From Octopus vulgaris (taxonomy: Eukaryota): a DNA stretch of 64,000 nt. Positions 55,146 through 64,000 of the stretch are shown here, in pieces. The DNA is taken from contig OX597825.1 of the NCBI GenBank assembly GCA_951406725.2, positions 6,758,001 to 6,822,000 on the forward strand, given 5' to 3'. Every line of letters begins with the position of its first letter. The first letter of the stretch is position 1. The notes beneath the pieces are model-generated. The model was not told the DNA's origin, searched no databases, and saw only the letters and a program-made list of their open reading frames with translations. Position numbers and translations under genes: made by a program.

Positions 55146-55556
55146 AGAGTGAGAAAATAAAGCTCGAGAGAAGAGAAATAGAAAAGCTTTCCCCATTGCT
55201 ATTGACTCGCTTCTCTTTAAGTAAAAATGCGTCTGTAATATTTCTTACAGACATTATTGGTGAACATCTAGCAGAAATTGGATGTCTGGAGATTATCCCC
55301 AGAGACTCTTTTAGTTGATGTTTCTCTTTCACCTCAAAACATAACTCTTAACATTGTAAGCTGACCCCACCCCGCACCCCCCGTTTAGCCTCTTGGCAAA
55401 GTGCAAACTTGAACTGCAAGGGAATCGAATGCAACTTGGATTACAATTCCCAGCACAAATTTACTGAAATTTAATAACTACTCTCAAAAGCGAGGAGAGA
55501 AAATAAAACTCAGGCTGTATGTTCAAGCTCTCCAGAACCAAAAAAAAAAATTACAC

Positions 55557-55590
<34 letters not shown>

Positions 55591-55854
55591 TATTAATGAT
55601 AATCATCGTCGTCGTCATCGTTATCATGGTAGCGAGCTGGCAGAAACTTTAGCATGCCAGGCGAAAATGCATCGCAGCACTACGTCCGTCTTTGTGTTCT
55701 GAGTTCGAATTTTGCCGAGGTCAACTTTGCCTTTTATCCTTTTTTGGGGGGGGAGGGTCGATAAATCAAGTACCAGTTGAACACTTGGGTCGATGTAATC
55801 GACTTATCCCCTCCCCCAAAATGGCTGCCTGTGTGGCGAAATTTGAAACCATCA

Positions 55855-55909
<55 letters not shown>

Positions 55910-56061
55910 ATTTCAGGCCTTGTGCCTAGAGTAGAAAAGAAATGTTAGCATGCCAAGTGAAACACTTAGTGGTATTTCATCAGTCGTTCTGGGTTCAAAT
56001 TCCACTGAGGTCGACTTTGCCTTTCACCCTTTCGGGGGCGATAAATTAAGTATCAGTTGTG

Positions 56062-56469
56062 TACTCTTTTACTCTTTTACTTGTTTCAGTCATTTGACTG
56101 CGGCCATGCTGGAGCACCGCCTTTAATCGAGCAACTCGACCCCGGGACTTATTCTTTGTAAGCCCAGTACTTATTCTATCGGTTTCTTTTACCGAACTGC
56201 TAAGTGACGGCGACGTAAACACACTAGCATCGGTTGTCAAGCAATGCTAGGGGGACAAACACAGACACACAAACATACACGCACATACATATATATACAT
56301 ATATACGATGGGCTTCTTTCAGTTTCCGTCTACCAAATCCACTCACAAGGCTTTGGTCGGCCCGAGGCTATAGTAGAAGACACTTGCCCAAGGTGCCATG
56401 CAGTGGGACTGAACCCAGAACCATGTGGTTGATAAACAAGCTACTTACCACACAGCCACTCCTGCGCCT
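56062..56469 (-). mobile_element. SINE family A
   Basis: Colinear with 7642-8044. Confidence 0.9.
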
Positions 56470-57830
56470 ATACACAATATTTTATCATTCTGTGAAGGAT
56501 TGTATTAATAATAGTTTAGAATTTTGCCACAAGACTAGCAAGTTTAGAGGGAGAGGATAAGTTAATTACACTGAACCCTAGTATGCAACTGGTACTTATC
56601 TTATCGACCCTGAAAGGATGAAAAGCAAAGTTGGCCTCAGCAGAATTTGAACTCAGAATGTAAAGACAGATGAAATGCAGTTAAGCATTTTGTCTGGTGT
56701 GCTAATGATTCCACCAGCTCACAGCCTTAAGGGGATTGCGTTATTAATATTAATAAAATTGGTAAATGGCTTTTTACTAGAATATATAATTGACATGAAA
56801 CTTGAAGACGGGATCATTGTGATCCATTGATCAATCATTACAACAATGGACTGGAATTCATCGACATCACCATCATCATCATCATCATCATCATCATTAT
56901 ATAACTTATAAATAGCTTAGTCATAGAAATTTTATGTGGATCTATTTCCTCATGGTTAAATCTCAAAATGATTTATTTGCTTATTTTTAATTGGAGGGGA
57001 TATGTGCTGAAGGGGTCGGCAAGGAAGCGGGAGATGCCTAGCATGCACTATGTGCAAACAGATTCTTTGAATTAATCATTTTGAAACTTTTTTTTTTTTT
57101 CTGAAAATTGATCCTGTTTCTATAGATAGTCTTCTAATGATTAATTGCGACAGCATTTATATTTTTATGTCAAAGAATCCACTGAAAATAATTGTTATGG
57201 TTATTTCAGAGTGACCCTTTAAATTTCCAGTTACTCCAGCTTTCAAAAATGTTGATACATTCATGTATTCTGTTGATAATATTTTTGATTAGGCCCTAGG
57301 GTAGCTGTGTGGAAGTAGAAAAGAATATTTTATACAAAGCATAAAGTGAAGGCGGATGGCTTAATGGTTAGGGTATTAGGCTCATGACTGCAAAGCCATG
57401 AGTTCAATTCTTGATGATGCATTGTGTCTCTGAGCAAAGCACTTTATTCCACATTGCTCCAGTCCAACTCAGCTGCCAAAAAGAAGTAGTACCTGATGTT
57501 CAAAAGGGCCAGCCTTATCCCATTCTGTTAAGGATACGTGTGTCTATTGAATGCTCAGGCACTTGGATGCTGTGGCTATTCCTTTGATCAGATCAACTGG
57601 AATCGTTGTGATGGTAACCAATGGAGTGCCACTTGTATAAAGTATCCAACGATAATGGAGACAACAATGTAAGTTTCATGTTTAGAGAAGAATATGTGGC
57701 TTAGCTTAGTCCAAGCTGTTGTCGGTTTTTACTTTACTCTTCAAGTTCTCTTCAGTTATATCTTGAGATGGCTGTCAGTATAATGCAATTTCATGAGAAA
57801 TATTTTCCCTTACAAATATTCATATACATC

Positions 57831-57862
<32 letters not shown>

Positions 57863-60441
57863 GGTATATATGCACATACACACACATATATGTACGTATA
57901 TGCACACATACACATATGTTCTCCACAAGGCAATCCATAATTACTCTTAAAGATACAGTTTTTACCAAAAGTGCTCAACAAATATGCATAAAATTATGAA
58001 TTATTTGGGGCTATGATATAAGTCAAAGCAAAGGCAGAAAGTGCTAATGACTGATACATGGCATAAAAAAAAATATGTATATTCTTACCTCATAGCTAGT
58101 TTTATATACAACACACAGAACTTAAAAGAAAACTTTGGTATAAAAGTTCATATAGGCTAACATAGATAATAGAGTTAGAAAACAGAAAAAATGTCATTGA
58201 ATAAAGCCAGAATATGTTTTCTCTTCAGAAGACTTATGACTGATGTATATCATTATAAGACCTCTATTTAGGAAATCTGATAAGTATGTGTTATCTATAG
58301 CATAAGATAGGTGAACTCCAAATAAACTTACCTGTATCATCATACAAAAATGGCAGACTCAGGAATATGAGGCAGAAGCGCTTACCAAAATTACAAACAT
58401 TTCCTCCACTACCACCTTGAATAAATCAGATAAACTTAATAACTGAATGAAGAGTCTGGAAGTCTTCTGGTAGGATTAGAAGACATATTGATGCTGACAC
58501 TGTTGGCACCAACAACACATGTAGCAGAAGACATACTGTTGGCACCAACAAAACGGATGATGGTAGGAATAGTGGTTTGGTTGATAATGAGGTTGATGGA
58601 AATGAAGAACAATGCATTTCTGGAGTCTACCTCATAAACAAATATATTTATTTGTTTAACCATTTGCAAAGATTAGAACATAGCATCAGTTCTAGATGAT
58701 TCTGGATTATATTGTGTTCTGATGCCATGCTTCTGAGACCTAATTTGTAGTTAACGGATTTCTAGTGTTGATTTTATGATAAGAATTCATACAGCAATTT
58801 CTTTCTCATTATTCATTCTTTGAAATGGTAATGCCATCATTATATTTCACTATTTACTATGTATTATCAGATAGAAGCAATTTTGGCATTAATCCACAAA
58901 GGAATAGGCAAAGTTGATAAAGAATTATTACAAATCCTTAGATGATTTCACAAAGCTTATGTAATCCAAATGTCAATGTCACAGAGCAGAAAAATATAGA
59001 AAAACGAACAAAAGAACAAAAAATATTTCTAACAAAATAACAGAAATGTTAACAGCTCTTGCTACACATAAATAATGACGACTGTCAATATCCAGTTGCC
59101 TTTTTGACTTCATAAATATCCTCCGTCAGATGAAGTGAGCAGAAATATTTCTAATCAAGGGGAAAAATACAAAGTAAGTTGTGATGTCAAATATAATAAG
59201 CCATTAAGAAATATTTTAAAGACAAAGGAGATAACGAGGGTCAGAGAAATAAAGAATATTTGACCAGTGAAGTCTGTTATAGATTTGATATCAGACATGG
59301 AGAAGGTATATAGCTTGGGGCTGGATGTAGGTCTGTGAGTGTCAGTCACTGAAGGATAGTTTGTCAAAGTAATCATCATCATCCTCATCGTTTAACGTCT
59401 GCTTTCCATGCTAGCGTGGGTTGGATGATTTGACTGAGGGCTGGCGAACCAGATGACTGCACCAGGCTCAAGTCTTGATCTGGCAGAGTGTCTAAAGCTG
59501 GATGCCCTTCATAACACCAACCACTCCGAGAGTGCAGTGGGTGCTTTTTATGTGCCACTGGCACGAGGGCCAGTCAGGTGATACTGGCAACGACCTCGCT
59601 AGAATCTTTTTACACATGCCACCAGCACAGGTGCCAGTAAGTAATATCTTCTGATATTACTTACTGGCACCTGTTCTCAATAATCCCAGCATTTCAGTGT
59701 GTGTGTGTGTGTGTGTGTGGTGTAATGAGTGCCAATGCAGGGTGTGCTTGTGATTTAAATGGTTACTGTCACTTTGAAAGACTAATAGATTGGAGGAGAA
59801 AAAAAGTGTTCAAAATAAAATATTGCATAGAATTACTGAGTCCATAAAACAATCTAATGTAATTGCGAAGAAGAATTAAATCGCTGTCATTGTTACAAAA
59901 TATTCAAGTTGCGATTTTAAAATTAAAAAAATCCAAATAAATAAAATCTCTGTAAATAAGACAAAGAACTTGAAGCCAAATGAATGGGGTGCAGCAGTTA
60001 AACCAAACTCAATCGGAAAACATAAACAAAGGAGAAACCTTGTGTTTTATTTCCACATTTACTTGGATAGGTTTCATTTAAGATGTTGGGGGTTGGTAAT
60101 AATTTAGGTGTTATATTTGTTAGGAATATTTTTACTGGAAGAAACGTTTTCAGAGGAAAACATTTAAAGAAAGAAAGAACAAACAAGCGGAACATCATTT
60201 TAAGCTTCGTGACATTACAAACAACTTCCTTTTCTTTTCATGGAACATATTTGGTTGTCATACTTAACGATATCTTTGTCTTTTTTGTCATTTTTATTTT
60301 AATTACTTTTGTTCTTTCCTCTACAGTTTAAAATACAAAATAAATAAAACCAACGAATTATTTTACGTAAAGCGGATTAATTATTCTACTTCAGTTTTCA
60401 AAGTTTTGAACACTCTGAAGACTGGCTTTTGCAGTATATAT

Positions 60442-60580
<139 letters not shown>

Positions 60581-61001
60581 ATTATTATTATTATGTATAT
60601 ATATATATGAGACGAAGTATAAATAATGGTCATTGCATATCTTTCCTTTATTAGAGAAAATCTGGCTTACAGCCGTTTCCAGTAGTCATTATAGGTACAT
60701 TATTGATTGTTTACTCAATTGGTCCATTGATCAATTGAGAAAAATTAAACAACCTAAAAAAAAAAATTAATGCTACTTTTGTCTATAAATAATAAATATA
60801 AGCTTAGTATTAGTACACATTCTAATACCAATTTTTTCTGCTCCAATATTAGGCTATTTTCATTGGCCAATACATGGTGAATTCTTTTGAGCTTTAAGCT
60901 AATAATTATTATTTACAGAATCTTTGATTGTCACCGATTCTTAATTTAATGAAGCATATATATACATATCCATGTGTATATGTGTATATATGTATATATA
61001 T

Positions 61002-61035
<34 letters not shown>

Positions 61036-61254
61036 GAAGGCGGCAAGCTGGTAGAAACGTTAGCACGCCGGGCAAAATTCGTAGCCGTATTTAGTCTGTC
61101 GTTGCGTTCCGAGTTCAAATGCCGCCGAGGTCGACTTTGCCTTTCATCCTTTCGGGGTCGATAAATTAAGTACCAGTTACGCACTGGGGTCGATGTAATC
61201 GACTTGATCCCTTTGTCTGTCCCATCTGTGTTTAGCCCCTTGTGGGTAGTAAAG

Positions 61255-61331
<77 letters not shown>

Positions 61332-61429
61332 TCATTAGGCATTGTTGTATTTTTGGATGGTAATTTTTTTTTTTTGCCAAATAAACATATGCACCATATA
61401 TTTTTTTCACTTGTTTATAACTGTTCTTA

Positions 61430-61762
61430 TTTTATTATTTTAACTCATGTCCATTGTCCAGAAATCTTTTTTTTACACATCGGTGACCTCTTCAGCGACA
61501 CTTTTCATTTTCGTGAGTGTTCTTGCTCCACTTACTCCATTCTATTCTTCTAAGATGTTTAGCCTTTAGTGCACATGCATTTGTGTCCACACACTTACGA
61601 ACAAAGACACAAGTGCATCTGCATATAAGGATATATACCTTAGAAGAACAGAATGGAGTAAGTGGAGCAAGAACGCACACGAAAATGAAAAGTGTTGCTG
61701 AAGAGGTCACAGATGTGTGACGAAAGATTTCTGGACAATGGACAGAAGTTAAAATAATAAAA
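61430..61762. repeat. Inverted repeat, arms about 125 bp, each containing a CTGAAGA core
   Basis: gtccattgtccagaaatc...ctccattctattcttctaag / cttagaagaacagaatggag...gatttctggacaatggac. Confidence 0.85.
61693..61738 (+). ncRNA. Hammerhead-like motif in the right arm of an inverted repeat
   Basis: CTGAAGA-g-gtcaca(gatg)tgtgac-GAAA-gatt-TC; perfect 6-bp stem II, poor stem I. Confidence 0.45.
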
Positions 61763-62319
61763 GAAAGAATGGTAATAAATGAGTGGAAAAACAAATATAT
61801 ATATATAGCCTGAATAGGATAAGCTACCCCTTCTGCAAATTAGGGGTAGCTTATCCTGTTCAGGCTATATTATTAGCATTATCTTGTGTTTGAGAATTTA
61901 AAATCACTTCTTTAACCTTCTAAGACATCTCAACGCTTCTAAAGCAAACTTCGTTTGTTTGTTTACATTCATCGTAATTGGAATTTAAATATATATATGT
62001 TTATTAGGCAAAAAAATGAACATCCCGAAATACAACAAAATCTGTTTCAACACATGATTTCACACCAGGAATCTTGCAAAATGAATTAATAAACGTAATA
62101 TTCATTAGATGTTTGTGTATAAGTGTATGTATGTGTGTTTGTCCTCTTCTTGCCTTGACACATACACGCTGACCGAAATAAAGCCACTGAATTCAAATTC
62201 AAACTGTTTTTGTTTGTGGCAGTCTGACCACACTCCACATTGTAGTATTTTTGTTTGTAAACACCCATGAAAGCTTTATGTTGTTGGTATCTCTTCAAAC
62301 CCTTGTGGCTAATAAAGTA

Positions 62320-62732
62320 ACTCTCTTTTACACATTTACTTGTTTCAGTCATTTGACTGTGGCCATGCTGGAGCACCGCCTTTAGTCGAGCAAATCGACC
62401 CGGGAACTTTTTCTTTGTAAGCCCAGTACTTATTCTATCGGTCTCTTTTTCCGAACCGCTAAGTGACGGGGACGTAAACACACCAGCATCGGTTGTCAAG
62501 CAATGCTAGAGGGACAAACACAGACACACAAACACACACACATACAGATATATATATATATACATATATACGACAGGCTTCTTTCAGTTTCCGTCTACCA
62601 AATCCACTCACAAGGCTTTGGTTGGCCCGAGGCTATAGCAGAAGACACTTGGCCAAGGTGCCACGCAGTGGGACTGAACCCGGAACCATGTGGCTGGTTA
62701 GCAAGCTACTTACCACACAGCCACTCCTGCGC
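62320..62732 (-). mobile_element. SINE family A (another copy at 63270-63695)
   Basis: Colinear with 7642-8044. Confidence 0.9.
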
Positions 62733-63487
62733 AAGGTCACCATCTTTGCTGTAATTGTCAAGAAGTGTAGTGCAATGCATGATTTTTGAATCAACAGGTG
62801 TAGACATTTATGGTGTCAAGTTTGATAGGAACCCAGAGTCAGCTCGATTCAATCCAATTATATTCTAAGCCAAATCTCTCAAGAAACCATCTACAAAATT
62901 CATGACATGCATTCAGCAACCTCCCTCCTTCTAATCTTTCAAGCTGTAGCTGTTGATTACAATGTAACAATCAAAATATACTACAGCTTCCCCTAGAACA
63001 TCACAACAGGGCATGTTTTTATGAGATCGCCTCAAATGACTAGAGATCACAGCTAAATCTCTCAAACCAGACCCTGCTGTCATAAGAACAGAACAGAAAG
63101 TATGTTCCAGCATAAACTATACCTAAAATAATGCAGGATAGTCATGGTTGGAATATTTAGTCATAAGTCTCCACAGTCAAAGAAGGTGTGAAATTCAAGA
63201 AGACGACGAAAACATATGGTATAGGAACCACTTGAAACTATTTCTGATAGTTTCAAAACCTTAACAGATACTCTCTTTTACTTGTTTCAGTCATTTGACT
63301 GCAGCCATGCTGGAGCACCGCCTTTAGTTATACAAATCGTCCCTAGAACTTATTCTTTGTAAGCTTAGTACTTATGCTATCGGTCTCTTTTGCCGAACCG
63401 CTAAGTTGCGGGGATGTAAACACACCAGCATCAGTTGTCAAGTGATGTTGGGGGGACAAACACAGATACACAAACATATACACACAC

Positions 63488-63539
<52 letters not shown>

Positions 63540-64000
63540 CGGGCTTCTTTAAGTTTCCGTCTACCAAATCCACTCACAAGGCTTTGGTCAGCCCGAGGCT
63601 ATAGTAGAAGACACTTGGCCAAGGTGCCACACAGTGGGAATGAACCCGGAACCATGTGGTTGGTAAGCAAGTTACTTACCACATAGCCACTCCTGTGATA
63701 TTCACACAAATTTTACTTTATATATTTATTAATCTCGAGAAATTAATGTATTGTCGTTATTGGCATTCTGACAATTAGTTTAATTATATATCTATATGAG
63801 TGTATGAGTGTATGTATTGGTTCATCTCGTAAATAATGTGGTATTTTTTATAATTCTTTTATTTTTGTAAAATTAAGTTCCACAAGGTTCTTTTTTAATC
63901 TAAAATATATTCTCCTTCATGTCTTCCATAAACAACCTTGCCCGGATTTTGTCTGGCTTGCTAACGATTCTGCTATCGCGCTACCTTACTTTTAGGAATT

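Noticed and set aside
54585-55196. 203-aa Leu-rich ORF resembling a membrane protein
   Set aside because: Produced by trinucleotide repeats; no domain and no convincing splice sites.
56234-56560. Recurrent ORF family ending ...FRLPNPLTRLWSARGYSRRHLPKVP...
   Set aside because: Antisense translation of SINE family A copies, not a gene family.

Overview
AT-rich, microsatellite-dense eukaryotic DNA, most likely from a cephalopod (Octopus-like). That assignment is inferred from the SINE/LINE families and was not checked by a search. Most of the window reads as intron of one minus-strand immunoglobulin-superfamily gene (Dpr/Zig-8-like). One clear 214-nt Ig exon lies at 35172-35385. A candidate 18-nt frame-preserving microexon lies at 13142-13159, inside a repeat-poor, CpG-rich island. 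The rest is a nested mosaic of three tRNA-derived SINE families, 3' fragments of RTE and CR1 LINEs, a Penelope-like GIY-YIG relic, a complete non-autonomous Helitron, hAT/piggyBac-type MITEs, a possible solo LTR and long (TA)n/(TAT)n tracts. The most striking unexplained signal is a set of minimal hammerhead-ribozyme motifs (CUGANGA-stem II-GAAA-short palindromic stem III) from several unrelated repeat families. One is structurally complete (47405-47449), and one family fuses a tRNA-like Pol III head to the hammerhead. Many fold-back inverted duplications also occur. Almost all ORFs in the supplied track are repeat artefacts. Repeat boundaries are approximate unless a TSD or TIR is quoted.
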